Assembly (NCBI GenBank): GCA_964247055.1
Contig: OZ176053.1
Coordinates: 10,912,001-10,976,000, forward strand
Source: Paragordius varius
Taxonomy: Eukaryota > Animalia > Nematomorpha
DNA: 64,000 nt
Reading direction: 5' to 3'
Shown here: positions 1 to 15,463 of the stretch, piece after piece
How positions within the stretch are numbered: position 1 is the stretch's first letter
Layout: every line of letters starts with the position of its first letter
Notes under the pieces: model-generated
The model's input: only the letters and a program-made list of their open reading frames with translations
What the model was told of the DNA's origin: nothing
The model's database searches: none
Translations under genes and position numbers: made by a program

Positions 1-165
1 TCCGTAAAATAAATGAACATACTTTAACTTGATATTATCAGAATTTTTAGAGCACAAAGAATACCTTAACAATAGATTATAATACATATTATATTCTAAT
101 AAGTTTGATTGATTAATTCATTAAATAAATGACTCGCATTTTTAAAAAAGTATCATTTAAATTAC

Positions 166-3100
166 TTGATCGCTATTTTCTCTTTTTAGCGGCGATAATG
201 ATACAGGAGATGTTTTGCTGTGATGTAGGACAGAGGCTAACCCCTTCTTGAATTTTTTGGCACCCGAAATTTTTGGAGCAAGTAATGGTTTAGCTAATAA
301 TAAAACATTTTTAAATCAATATTTTGAATCTCATCTTCATGGAATAGAAATATTAACCAACAGGTTTTATTAATTACCATTTATAAATTCAAGTGTGAAT
401 ATAATTATTTATGTGAAATTCTTACTTGATTGTGCAGAAAGTGGATTTTTATCATCAAAATTATTAATTGAAATTGGGGTGGATACATCATTGTTTTGTT
501 GATTCCCAGAAGGTAGGGGTACCGATGCATAATGCATTAAAGGGGGATGTCCTACTGGTGTTTGGACATTTGATGTATTTCTCGTAATATTCATGGCGCT
601 ATTTTGTAGGGATAGAATTTAGTATGTATAACCAAAAAATATTATATGGTGGAAAAAAATAGTTTTTGCTTACTTAATATTTCCTTCTGGTTGTACAATA
701 GTGTCGCCAGAATCATTCGTTTTATTATGGGGTTGTTGAAAAAGATCATTGCTATTGTTATTATTGTAATTTAGATTGTTGTAATTGTTCAAAGGTGTTT
801 CAGCCGTCATGTTAGGTTGAGATTGACCATTCGTTGTCATGGGGTTAAGTACGCTACTAATTTTTGCTAAAAAAGTATTAAAAATAGAATGAGATACTAT
901 TCTGTGAATATTAATAAACTCTATCGCTAAAGAAAAATGAATGTTAATTCATAAAACTTAACACAATCATGAGCTGTGTGCCAAACGATAAATCCTGACA
1001 ATAAATATTAAAAGAATAAAAAGGTACAAAAAATCAAAAAAATCACACTTATTATCGAAATTGTCTATGACAACAATGCAAATTTCGTTTATATGCATAA
1101 AAATATATATAAATTTATAGTTAAACAGAACGATTATCCTAAACTTTATTAAAATACCAAGAGTGTTCAATAAAATAATTTTAATTGAATCACACTATCA
1201 ATGTTTTAATGTTAGTTAATGTTTTCTTACGAAAACTATAATAATTTACAATTTTTAGATTTACTTGGGAATCAATTAATTAATGTATAACTTTTGACCG
1301 TATTAGTCTATAAAGAATATGTAATAATTCATATAAATCATAAAAAAGCATTCCTACAAAATAAATAGCATATAAATAAAAATATATACATATGAGTAGA
1401 ATCATGCCATTTTCAAAATGATAATCTTCAATAAAAATTTCATTTAAAGTGAAAAAAGATTAAATGTTGTGTAAAAACCTATAGAACACAAAACAAATAT
1501 ACCTTGTATAACTGGTATGGATGTTATGTTTGGAAAATGACCCCTGGAGGCTACATGCCGAAAATGACTAATTTTCATGTATTGGGGAATGTGAGGAGCT
1601 CGTAATATCTTACGTATTTCATCCTCCAACTCAGGCGTAATTTGGTGCGAGGATATAAGGGCCGATATTAAATTATCTAAATTACATTTAGATAAGGATA
1701 AATAAAATAATTGAATTTAGGGATATTACAAATTAAATTATAGTGATTAAATAGTAAAATATGTCTTACAAATGAAACTTATATTATTATTCCTGTTAAC
1801 ACCCCAATACCTTTTGGAGTAGTTTTATATCCCAAAAGGATTTGAAATTTAAATATCTTAAAAAGTATTTAGGATATTAAACCGAATTAAAAAAAAGGCT
1901 TTCTTTAGCTTTTTGGGCGCATTCAAAATTAAAAAAATGCAAAATTGTTAAAAATTTTCATCTTAAATATTTTTGTCGCTATTTTTTCTTCTATAAATTT
2001 TTTACGCTATTGCATCAGGGAAATAATTGTATATTATGGTTAAAATTGTAAAAATCAGGCTATATTTAACCAGCAAAAATTTAATATATTATGATTTTAA
2101 TATCGCCTGTTCGTGTTTTAAAGCTGTCCCAATTTTAGACTTCTAGAAGTCACAAAACTGTATTATCTAAGCTTTTTATCTAATATATGAGAACAATGTT
2201 TGATAATTGATTAACTAAAAAAAATAATTTATTTACAAAATCAAGCTCTGGGATAAAAAAATAGCCCAAAAAGTAAACTCGGACAAAAAAGTGAAAAGGT
2301 AATGAAGTGTTAACTATTTTCATTCAAGAACAACATCTTTTATACTAATTTCAAATTTTTTTTCAACAATTTCTGCAACAAATGAAATATTGTATTCCAA
2401 TAAAAAAATGTTAGTTTGCTTAAAAAAGTCTTGCTAAATAATAATGGTTGAATATATTATTTATTTTAGAAAAAGTATTGTATGGAAGAATATGATGTTT
2501 TATCTAAATGAAATTTAGATTGAAAATGAATATCAATAAATAAATAGTAATCGTTGCAAACTTTCAATATCAAGAGCTGAGCTTGCCTCCATATCTAAGA
2601 TGAGTAATCCATTAAGTATGCAACTCCGTAATTCCAGCAAGGAATGTAGGGCTAAAGTTGCTACCCGAGGTTTGGACCATCTATTACTACCCGGTTCAAC
2701 ATCCTCTTCAAATTTGACCCATCTGACAATATATAAATATATATTATCGATTTATCAATCAATGTTCTTTTAGCATTTATAATTTTTGGGGCAAACTTCC
2801 TCCCAATATTTAAATTAACGTTTACGACATGTTAAGTTAAAGAATTGGCACCTTTTAAACATACATTGTTGGTTGATAATTTCCTTAAACTTTTGCCATA
2901 ATCCATGTAATTAAAGAGTATAAGAAGGTTGAATAAATAGGCGTATATTTAGGTATTTTCTCAAATTACTATTTACGTGAAAACTATATACCCTTATATC
3001 AATTTTGTAAATAAGTAATGATTATATCATATTTAAATGTTTCTTGTTTTACATTTAGGTTTCTACGATTAAAAAAATATTACATAATTTTCTTTAAAAT

Positions 3101-6100
3101 GTAAAATATAAAGATTTTAACAATCCATGATATTATTAAACATTAATTATGTCATTGTCTAAAAAAATTATAGATAAATACAGTAAATGCCTGGAAGACA
3201 AATTAAGTTATATATAAAATATTTATATCCACTTAATTAAACAAACATAGGCTCATAAAAGAGAATTCTACGAAAATCATTTTAGAATATTTTTGACTCA
3301 CTTCGCCCCCTTGCCCCTCATATTCCGTTAAATATACCATTTACAATTTAAATTCACCCTTAAACAATTCAAATTCACCCTTGAACAATTCAAATTCACC
3401 CTAAAACAATTCAAATTCACCCTTAAACAATTTCAATTCACTCTTGAACAATTCAAATTCACCCTAAAACAATTCAAATTCACCCTAAAACAATTCAAAT
3501 TCACCCTTGAACAATTCTCAAATTCATCATCGAACAATTCGAATTCACCCTCAAATAAATAACATGTTTTTTAAGATTAAAAATTACCCATAATTTACTA
3601 TATTTTTAAAAAATAAAATTTTGTTTTAAAATAAAATAATATTGAAAAAATAATCAATTATGCCATAAATATATTTTATATTAATAATAATGAGTTATAT
3701 TAGTTCGAAAACACTAATTTATTTTTAGGGTGAATTTGAACTGTTAATAGTATATATCAAAAAATATATATATGAATGTGCTCATACCGTGCGACCTCTT
3801 CCCACACAGGCATCTCCGTGACGATTCCAGGGGGTGATGTGGTCTGAGGCGTGCCAGCTAGGGAACCGCTCGTTCCTTTCTCTTTCCTAACGTTGAGTAG
3901 CAATGTATCATCTGTCAAACCTGATGCGCGTGTAGGACTTGTACTAAGACCTCCCTGTTGTGGCTTTTGACCACTAGCACCACTATTTATATCTTCCTGT
4001 AAAATGCATAAGGTGGTGTACATTATTAAAAAACGAGATACTTTCGAACCATTTGTTATAACTAAAAATACCCTAGAGTGTTTAGTGCGCATCGTAAAAA
4101 TTTGGGGAACGCGCATTGTATGGTTTTTACCCATGTTAAAAGTAAAAATAAAACCCGTTTTGGATTGATGTAAAGTGCAAATGCTAACCAGAAATGTTGT
4201 TGTATATATTGTTTATATTCAAAAAAAATCATAAAATTTCCCAATTCAAATTATACTATCGAATATGTGCTAAAAAATCTATAATTTATAAAAGAATAAT
4301 GAATTTTGTTGTAATTTTACAAGTATGTTAAAAGAAAAGGGTGATTTCCATTTTCACATTTTACAGATATAACTACAAAAAGACGTTTTAAAATAAAAAA
4401 CGCGGCTTACCGGTTGTATGGGTATGAATCGTAACTCATCCATTTGTATAAATAGCCGTCCCGGTTCTTCCATATCATTTGGCCCATTCCCACTCTCCAA
4501 AATAAAGTGAACATGTTCGGCCGGATCAACTGAAGAAAAAAATTCATTAGTATCAAGGTGTGAGTGATTAGAGGAAGAAAGGAAAGATTCCTTCTTCCTA
4601 CCCCTTATAATGTCATTCTTAACATGAGTCGTCATAGTTATAATGCGTGGCTGATGATGCTGCTGGTAATGTTCTAAATTAGTCGCTGTGCTAAGCTCAT
4701 GCGCAGTGTCGGGGGTCGGAAAAACAAACTTATTAGGAGGGGATTGCGTATTATTATATGGGGGTGAATTGGTTAAATTTGTATTTAAGAAATGTCGAAT
4801 GCTAGATGAAATTTTACGTAAATTGGTTGCGGGCGTGGTTGAGGATACATGATAAGGTGATGATGTATTAATAGTAATGTCGTCAGGCCTAGACTCAAAC
4901 GTATTTTTTGGTGAATAATTTTCCCCATCATCTGAGCTATAAACTTGAGAGCTATTGGTCAATATGTCGGAAGCGGCAATCGGTGGCATAAATATATCAT
5001 AACCCGTAATGGATCCAGATGGACCACGAATGTTATTATTATTATTAATGTATGTGTCATCATTAAAATATCTATCATCTATCAAGGGTTGTTCCAATGA
5101 TTGGGTATTACCATTTAGTATTGCTTCATCCAAATGTGTTTCATGTAAAATGGTATGAGGGGGGGTATCCTTTTCCTGCTCAATAACTGTCGATTCATCT
5201 GGGTTATCAGTTGCTGCTTCTTGAGATTTGGTTTTGTGTGGTCCCCCATAAAATAGGGGATTAAAGAAGGGAGATGAAATAGATGGGAAAACGCGGGCAG
5301 TCGGTTTTTTAGGGGGCAAACGAATGTAAGACGGTTTACGTGGAGATGCTCTCGGTTCAGAAATCGATTGATTAACTCTACCAGTCCGAGAACTTGAACG
5401 TCGAGAACTTTGAATGCTAGAATTCCTAACCGATGTTCGATGAGATTGAAATTTTGATCGTAACGAATCCGGAAGAAATGTACTTAAACGATCCAACATT
5501 TGATTGTAAGTGTAGAACGAATTAAAGAGAGAGAGAGACCGGGTTCAATGATAATTAGGTATTAAGGAGTTGTGCACATTAATTGGAAATTAAATTTATT
5601 TGCAAAAAAGGTATTTATGAATAAATTATACATGACATAAGATCAAAAATATTAATCTGTTGGATAGACTGACTAATAATAATAACAATAAAATGAAGTT
5701 TTAGGCTACAGCACCAATATAAGTGGTATATTGCAATTATTTATCAATTTTTTAAAATAATTTTGGCATAGTTTATCTCACAAACAATACTTTATTTGCG
5801 AATCTCGAATAAATTAAACTAGTGATATTCATCATAATACATATCAAATAGAGTTAAGAAAAAACAAAAAAGGTGTAAATTAGATTCGGTTAATTATTAT
5901 TACTATTATTAACATTTAACACCTTCTCTCATATTTGGTGCATCATAAAAAATTTACACAAACGACGAATCAAAAAAATTATGGTAATTTTCTAATATTA
6001 TAATGTTAATTAAACAATAATGATATTTAGTCAACTTTATTGCATGCAAAGAGTAAGTATATCATTATAAAATTTTATATAAACGGTGTTGTTAATAACA

Positions 6101-9100
6101 GAGATTATATATAAAACCAACCTCAAAAATTAAACCGCCTAAGGAGTTTGACTCAAAACATATAATCTATTTTATTTATATAAAAGATATTATGCAAATA
6201 CAGTATGTATAATGATTTACGTTTAGACAAATTCGAAGACATATTATATAAAAAAGGATAGTTTTTAGCATATATTTAACAATAAATATTAAATTTTCAT
6301 TCATATGAAAGTCCTTAAGAGACTCTATATCAACGATTTATGGGTAATAGTTGAACCAACAAACAATTGTCTTTTGTTACTTAAGCAATGCTAATATTTT
6401 CAAAAAATTCCAATGACTGTTTTGTATTTCTATTATTGTTGGCCCTTTAAAGTCTGGTGGATCGCGATCGTGTTTTTTTATTTCTTGGTCCCCAAAATTT
6501 TGATATAATAAAAAAGGCAATTAAAAGGGACAACAAAGGGATTTAAACAAATTCTTGGTCCATATTTTGTTTCGAGGTGAGGAAGAATTACTCCATCTCC
6601 CTTTGTAATAAAAAACAGTTGTCCCAATTGTAATAAATTTAGCAAATAAATTAGTATATGGATGGAATAACTATAAGTATTATAAGATGGGTGAAAGTAA
6701 GGGTGACAGAGGTGTTAAAATGATGATGTTTATGTTTGAAATATAATATTGTTGGATGTCGCTGATTAGTGGATATGTACTTCACCATGCCTTTATAACA
6801 TACTCCCGCCCTATTGCTGTCATTTATTGGGAAACGAAAGTTATGACATTAAATGTTTCCAATAGAACCTTCGTTTGGCAAATCATTGTAGCACACATAA
6901 TCGACCATCGACTAGAAAATGCAGTTTCAATCTTCGGATTCGTCTTGAAATCGCTCTACGGGTTCCAAAAATTAACGGATCGTGCTTCCAGGTGCTTAAT
7001 CGCGGTGCTGTAAATCCTTCCTAGATCATATTTGTCACTAATGGTTCCGGAAACTACCTCAACAAGTTGGTATACTGTCAGCATGAGGTAAGCCTCTGTG
7101 ATGCGCTCTGGTAGGAACAAAACAAGTTCCGAAACTATTTAGTTCTTTAAATATATCGTTTGCTCCTCATCTGGTAAATAAAGGTACGGCTAAGAGGACA
7201 ATGCCGATAGTCTCGTTTCAAATCATGTTCGAAACTTACTTTAAGTGTCAAAACGAAAAACTCCATATACATGCTAAAACTGGATGGTAGGTGTAAATCG
7301 ATGTTTCTACTACGATTATCACAGTAGTCTATGAAGAATAATTTTTATATGTAGGCGCTAGTTTTGATTGCCTTCAAAGTAAATTGTATAAAGCTGTGTC
7401 GTTTTGAAGCAAACTATAAGCACGAATTTAATAAGACTCTGTATTATTAATCGCCTCAAACCATGATCTTTATCAGAACGTTTTATAGTACTATATCTCT
7501 GAAACCACACCTGAACGATTTGAGTTTAACTGAATATCTTGATATACCACTTTTTAATGTTGTTTTTAACTGAATGATAAATTACACGCTCTCACCAGAG
7601 AAATTTGGGGCACTTGGCTAAAGAATGTTTCTGGACATATGAAATATCCCAGAAACGATATTGGTTTTAGTGAATGCGCACTGTCACCCATTTCCTAAAC
7701 TACTTTCATTAATAAGGGGATAATATGGTGCAAACATAAGTGTCAATGATACGATATTTATGATATCATCATAAGCATCAAATAGAGAATGGTTAGGTGA
7801 CAAATTAAACAATATTTTATATGGTGATTAACTAATAATAGTTGAATTTAATTACATTTTATTGTAATAATGATTATATGGTCACTGATCTTATAGTTTT
7901 GATAATTGTTTAAAAAATCTGTTTTGTGTATTAGAAACGTTTTAATCACTCTTTGAAGAGATATTTAGACAATCCTAATGTATATTAATGATGCCATTAT
8001 ACATATATTTTAATTTAAAATTTGATCGTCTTTGTATGTTGCACTTAAAATAGCATATATTGTCATGTTGTCATTTTCGAGTGTCGAGAAAGCGCGCATA
8101 AATATCGTTACTACATATTCACATTGAGGTTTTTCCTTTTTAAGAGGATAAATAATTAAAGGATGTAACAAATATAGTGTGGTAAGTAGTTCAATAGGTG
8201 CTAATTAAATATGCCAATAAACCGCAAAACGTAATCAGGCTAATGAAAATTAATTTTATCAATGTATCATTGTACAGATTTTCAATGGTTTTTTTAGATG
8301 GACTATGTAAACTGCTTTTCAAAAAAATTGGGCGAATTTTACCCATATAATGAAAATAAGGATGTGATACCAATTCAAGTGCTAAAAATTAGGAGGTGGA
8401 GTAAAAATACAAGTTTGTATGGGAAGAGTTAAGATATATAAATATTTAGACAAATGTTCCACACAGACAGATACGACTAATCTTATTGAGTACTCTCTGA
8501 ATTTCAACAAATCATTGATAAAGCATTTAGGACACAGTTACAAATCGTATAGTTTTATATAAACCAAATTTAAGGATAACTAGTTAGACAATCTATATAT
8601 CCTATTGTCCCTACTAAATTTTTGCAACAAGTAACATATGTATTTAATAGTCTATCAATAGGCACGCATAAAATCGACATATTTTAAAAAAGTACGGATA
8701 AGAGTTTGGTTATTCTTCTTTACAGACACCAATTGATATCATTTTGTTAAATGGATATGGTAAACATCATACAAAATATCCATTTTGTACAAGATTAGAA
8801 GATTGATGGCGATTTCATGTAACTGAATACTATAAGAAAAATAATATCCAAATTGGATGTGTTTTACAAATAGAGAAAGATGAAAAATGGAGATCTAACA
8901 ACAATAATAAATGAAAGAAACGAAAATACGAATGTTGACGGATAGAATAATATGAATATTGAAACGACAAAAGCTGACCCCAAATCATGGATAGAATATA
9001 AAGTTAGTTCAATTAAAATTATCTGTAAATTAGTGGGCCTTAAATAACTTACAAGATTTTTACCTAAAATAACGTATAAATTAAACATATTGTATAATAA

Positions 9101-12100
9101 ATAAGGTCACTGTATACTTATTTCATCCTCGCCGACAGATTTCCGTGCTTTTTCAATATCATGTTCGTATTCATCGTAGATAGAGGGAAGGCGTTTCCGG
9201 TGTCTCCGACGACCTGATGATGATCTACGCCTAAATATATGATATTTTATTTAAATTAAAGTTTAACAATATCGTAAAATTCGAATGTTAGTAAAATTTT
9301 TTGTAATAATATTCAAATAAATATGAAATAGTTGTTTTTTTGTTTTAGTCTGCAATTTTTTAATTGATAAAAAAAGTTATTTTTAAATAACTTTTTGAAA
9401 ATATTAAGCATATTATTTTATTTATACTGTTGACCGGAAGAAATAGGTTTATTTCAAATAATTTTGTAGAAATTACTATATATTCAGGTTAGTAATTATG
9501 TTTACACTTGTTTATAAACTAATATATTAATTACTTAAATTAATTGGTTTTTCAATAACAAACAATAAAAAAAATTTTTAAATTCATGTTTGGCCATTTT
9601 ATGAAATTCGTTGTTTAACCATTTTTTTATTTTAAATAATATAATAAACCAAAAATTAACTGAAAAAATGGAGATTGAAAAAAAGAGATGTAAAAAACAA
9701 CTATTTCTATATGACTAAATATCATTTTTGAATAAAAAACCTTGAGTTGATTCTGAATATAAAATTTAAAACAGCTGACTATCTTAGACAAATAAAAAAG
9801 GGTTTAATTTTTCCCCCACGAAACAGAGTGTGGGAGTGACAGAATAAATTTTTAAAAGTTGGCATACTACGATTTCATTATCTTTTGCAGTGAGTTTATA
9901 TCTCAAGGTCATTTATAATAAAAATTTTAAAAAATATTTAAGTATTGGGCTAAATTACTATGTATGCATTCTTTAGTTTTTTAAGCGCACGCTTCAAAAA
10001 AATTTTCTGAAAATGTAAAATTGTAAAAAAATCACCATCACAAACCGCCATTTTTTTTAATGGCTAACAATAATCAATGTATACTATGATTAAAAATGAA
10101 AATACCTAACTTTGAAAAGTTTACAAGTTGCATTTTACCAGCAAATTTTTGATATTTATATATTTTAATATCAGCTGTTTGTGGGATTCTAAAAGACTCT
10201 AGCCTTTTTTATCTACAAGAGAACAATGTTAAAAATTAGATTTAAAACACACAACAAATTTTCAACAGTGCCCTGGACTAAAAATTACCCCAAAATATAA
10301 TCGTTTACAATGAAAAAAAAAGTTTTTAGATAATAAAATGCTACCTATTATCCTCATAATTCCTGGATTCTTTCCCCGTTCCCTCCTTACTGTGGTGATG
10401 GCGTTTTTCATTATTTACCGTTTCAGGGGGTGGTGAGCCCTCATCATCATCCTGCATTTCTTCTTTGAAAGCGACTTTACCAGTTGAAGCAGGGAGTATA
10501 CCTTCTAGACCAATACTACTCCCACGCGGAGTTCCACTAACTGTGCGTTCACCCGTTTTGGTATTGTTGCCATGGCGATGGTGTGTTGCATGCGCTGTAG
10601 TTGTGGACCGACGTCGACCACCCTTGGGTCTGGGACCATAAGTATCGCCACCAGTTATGACCGCTGCCCCGCCCCCAAATCCAATGTAGTACAGGCCGGC
10701 ACGGTGACCTGGGAGTATGAAATAGTTAAAAAATTGACAAGAAGTAATATAAAAAAGGTTTTGATTTTAAGCCAATTTTGGATGATTTTAAAATCGTTTT
10801 GCACTTTACGAAATTTATACACTAATAAAACATTGTGTGCTATGAAATTAAAGTACCAGACATACCACAACAAAAAAAGTTTTTTTGGATTTATGAAATA
10901 ACCGCTAATTTGGTAAACAGTGTAATAAATAGGCAATTTTAAGTACCATCAAAGTATTTGATTAACTAATTATATAAAATTCAAAATCAAAATTGCCCAT
11001 AATTTTTATACTGTGACATTTCTAATCATATTGGAGAGAATGGTAGATTACATACTACGTATTCATTCAAAAATGTTAAAATTTTTCCATCGTAAAATAA
11101 CCAATCTTTCGACAATAATCAAATACTATAAGCTACTATCCAATATCGTTCGAAAATTTAAGTTAACAAACATGGTTTTTATTGTAGGTATGTATATCTT
11201 TAATAGTGATGTGATAATACAATTAAAGTTGCGTTTATGTTATGACTAACAACTAACTATATTACATTTTCTTTAGGTTTAGTTAGCTTAATTTGCCTGA
11301 TAATGCCGCCAAATAAAAGCAACAAAGTGTGCTGAAACAATTTAGAAAAAAAATAATAAGTTTTTCATTATAGAAAAGGTTATTAATAAAAAATGATAAA
11401 ACCATAAATTTAGGTAATGTCAGTATTGAGATTTCTGAAACTTTTCACAATTTACAAAAAGAAAAGTATATATCACATATCCAATCTGTGAGAGGCACAC
11501 TGTGTTGTCTAGGGAATTAAATTTTTGAAAATAAAAATCTAATATATATGTATATATTTACTAAATATGTTAGGAAAGTGTATAATAATAATAATGCAAA
11601 AAAATAATGAAAATCATCTATGAAATAATTCAAGGTTAAAATTAATGAAAATGAAATATTTTTTTTATTTTCATTCATAAGAAGATGGTGGGATACATAT
11701 AGATAGAAGGCGTTTCCATAAAAAAATTGTTGAAATATTAAATGATAAAAATAATATTTGTTATTTGTGTGTTTTTTTGATTAAAATTTCACATTAAAAT
11801 CATGACCAATATATATTTATCCTAAATAACACAACATTAATATGATTAATAGCGGTTTAAAAATGAATCTGGTTTAACAAAATTAAATAATATATTTAAT
11901 ATAACGTTCTCTCGACATATAAACTCTGCTATAAATAAAGTTTATCAATTATTATTTAAATTTTAAGGAAAATCTATCCGTTTTTATATCTAAAATATTA
12001 AGGAATTAGTAAATTTCATAATTAAAAGATTTAAAAAATCATATATATCTTTCCAAATGTAAAAATTAAATTAAAATAAAATTAGCAATCTAAGAAAAAG

Positions 12101-13575
12101 TCATAAATTTGGTGTAAACCCATTTTAAAGTAAAAATGCTATCAATTTTAATGATCGAAACAAAATCATCCATCATATTCCCAGGAGTTTTCGCCAGTCT
12201 AATTAAAAATAACTTATACTTTAGGGGTGAAATTCGTTTTTTTGATGTAAAAACCTCATATACGGTTGTTTTAAATGTTGTTCAAATTTTGGTGTCTTAA
12301 ATTTATATCGAGAGAGCAGAAGTTAAAATATAAAACTGGTTCCTGGATCTTAGAGGTGCGGGAAAAGATAGATCTTTCAAGGTCGTTTAATTTTTCGAAC
12401 ATATATATTTAACTAAAAAATCATATAACTACAATCTAAAAAATAAATGTAATAAATTACAAGCGCATAAATATTAAAATAACCGCAATAATAAAGTTTT
12501 TATGGTAATTTTGGCTCTATCCATAAAACTAAAATGAATTAATGCATAAAATTTATCCATAAAAGATGTATGTTTATGGACTTGATCATGTGCTTAATAA
12601 GATTAAACTCCATATTTCTCATCTATAAAATATATTTAATGTGAAAAAGTCCACATTTAATATTCGGAAAAAATTGGCATTTTCTTTTATTAATAAATTA
12701 AAATTATGATAATAATCTATTTAACTTTATCATCTCTCTTGCCTAAAGTTTCTGAAAATAAAACTGTATTTTAATTAAAATGCAATCCGGAAAACGTGTA
12801 AACTCCTTAAAATTTAAAAGTAGATATTTGTTATTCTTTTGTATATAAGCCGATCATAGTTAACATGCTAATAAGGGTTTTTGGATAACAAGTAGCTCAA
12901 ATTCGTGCTTTAGAAAACATGTTCCAAGTATAATGTAAAGACACTTAATAATGGATATATTTATTTTATTATTGGCCAATCACCTCAGTTACTTTATAAA
13001 CTCTGTCTGTTCATCACGCCATGTAAAAGGGACGTTTTTGCAAAAAAACTAAATCTCCACACAAATATACCATTTTTCAGTCGAAAGCAACATTTTTGCA
13101 AGCAAAAACGCAACATTTTTTATCCAAAGACAACATTTACTCAAGCAAACGCAACATTTTTTAATCCAAATGCAACACATTTTCAAAACGCAACATTTCA
13201 GTATTTGCTCAAAATATATTGCGTTGGCTTAGAAAAAATGCCTTTCCTTGAAAAAATGTTGCTTTTGACTGAAAAACGGTATAATTCTTTAAAGTAATTT
13301 TTGAAACACATATAGATATAAAATCAATAACGTTCCTATGTATGCCTTTTTTAAGTTAAACGTAAAGCAATGAATATCCCCGAGACTTTATGTGCCGCTC
13401 GCGAATTTGGAACTTAATAATTTGCAAAAATTTGCTTACAAAATTTTAATAAAATTGACATTTCTCAAATAATCTTTTTCAATAACTCTATATAATTGGC
13501 AAGAACTAGGAGATTGTATGTTGAGTTTGCATTTTTGAGTCTTATGTTCAAAATGTAACAAGTTATTATGAGTGT

Positions 13576-13613
<38 letters not shown>

Positions 13614-15136
13614 GCGGCCCGTAAACCGATTTGTGTTAGACAACCCTGCACTAAAGCATACCCTATGTAACCACATTCCCCAACAAAAAACATCGTGACA
13701 TATTCTAAAATAAAACGTCGTGTATCATCTATAGCTTTTCATTTATGTTTGCGTTATGAATGCGCTCATCATGAAACTATCATTTAAAAAATCTAATTGC
13801 GAAATCATTGACTGAACAGCGACGCGTGACAAATACAGCAATTTTCAACTATAAAATCAAGTCAAAATCTCAACTTTGTTTTAACATGGGTTTTATTAAA
13901 ATAAAAGCAATCAAAAATGGTAAAAAATGGTCCCCCTTACATCTTAAACAAACAAAAAGTGAATTGATCTAATTAACGAAATTCTTAAAGGTTTATATCA
14001 TCAATTTCCGAGTTTATCTCTCAAATTATATATATATATATAAATTAAGTATCAAAATTGAAATGCTTTATAATATAATTTTTGATATATAATATTAAAA
14101 AAATAGCATTAATTAAGATGACGCTAGTTAAAGCACGAAAATAAATATTGATTTGTACTTGTGTACTTTTTATTCTTATCTCAATGTTATATTGACCCAA
14201 ACAAACCCAGCATCCTAGGATATAAAATTAGTAAAATTTTATAAAAAAAATTCCAATTTAATATCAAACAAATGTCATTTTTATTTTAATGATTTTACGA
14301 TGAAGAACAAATTTAGTCAATTTTGATTAAGCATAAGTTAATAATGATAACTAAAAGATTCATATTTTGTGAATATTATACTTCGTAAATATACTGATAT
14401 AAAGCTATAACCGTATCATCGCTCAGGGTTTCTGAAACTAAGTAAAACAAATTTAAATAAATAAATCGTTCTCTTTCTCAATAAAACTCTCCTCTGAGTT
14501 TTATTATAATAATCGTACCGGTTCCATTTTTTATTTCATAAAATAGCATATACTAAGTGGTAAAAAAACAAAACTTTAATGTTCACTCTAAATAACTCAA
14601 GGTTTCTTAAAATTTTTGGAAAAATATGGTGCAAAAACGTATAATTTTAATCTCTTAATTATCAAAAAAATTGTATAAATAATTTTTTAATCATTTAACC
14701 AATACGAATTTAAACATTTTAGTTAAAGTTTTATGAACTAAAATCAAATAAAAATTATAACTATAACGATTATATGAAAAAATATAGTTTAAATTCTTCG
14801 CCAAATAAATTTCTTGCCATTACATTTTTATATCATTACTGCGCTGAAAGTGTTATATCATTAATTTAGGTTTCCCATTAGTCTTCCCTGATTTTTAGAG
14901 TCAAAACTGCCATTTTAAATAGGATTAAGAGTGAAAAAAAACATCTTTTTTAATTAAAACAAAGCACATTGTAAGTAATACCTTTGTTAAAATATTTTAT
15001 TCCTTTTAATAAGATAATATTTTTAAGATAGGGAAATAATGTTCGATTTAAAACTGTTTTTCAAAAAAAAAACAAATTTATTAAAAATATCAAATGATAA
15101 ATAATATAAATTAGCAATCTGAACTACTTATATTGC

Positions 15137-15175
<39 letters not shown>

Positions 15176-15412
15176 CGCCTTTAAAACATTAAATTATTCA
15201 CCATATATATTTTACTTCGACCCAATTTAAAAATTTAAAGTATCAAATATTTATTTTAAAATTGTTTCAGTCTATAATACATAACAGAAAAGTCTTAATA
15301 TTTCTAAAGTATAATTTTTCAAATAAATATACAAAAAAATATATATCTCGATACGCTCTGGTCTGATACTTTAAGATTTCGAGGAAGCATTTTAAAATAT
15401 TAATATATTGGT

Positions 15413-15463
<51 letters not shown>

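Noticed and set aside
3345-3555. CRISPR-like array (also 44610-44740, 45770-46110)
   Set aside because: Units are directly tandem with no unique spacers, lie inside TIR elements, and the DNA is eukaryotic with no cas genes.
10572-10901. 109-aa plus-strand ORF
   Set aside because: Antisense shadow of SLC4 exon 10708-10345.
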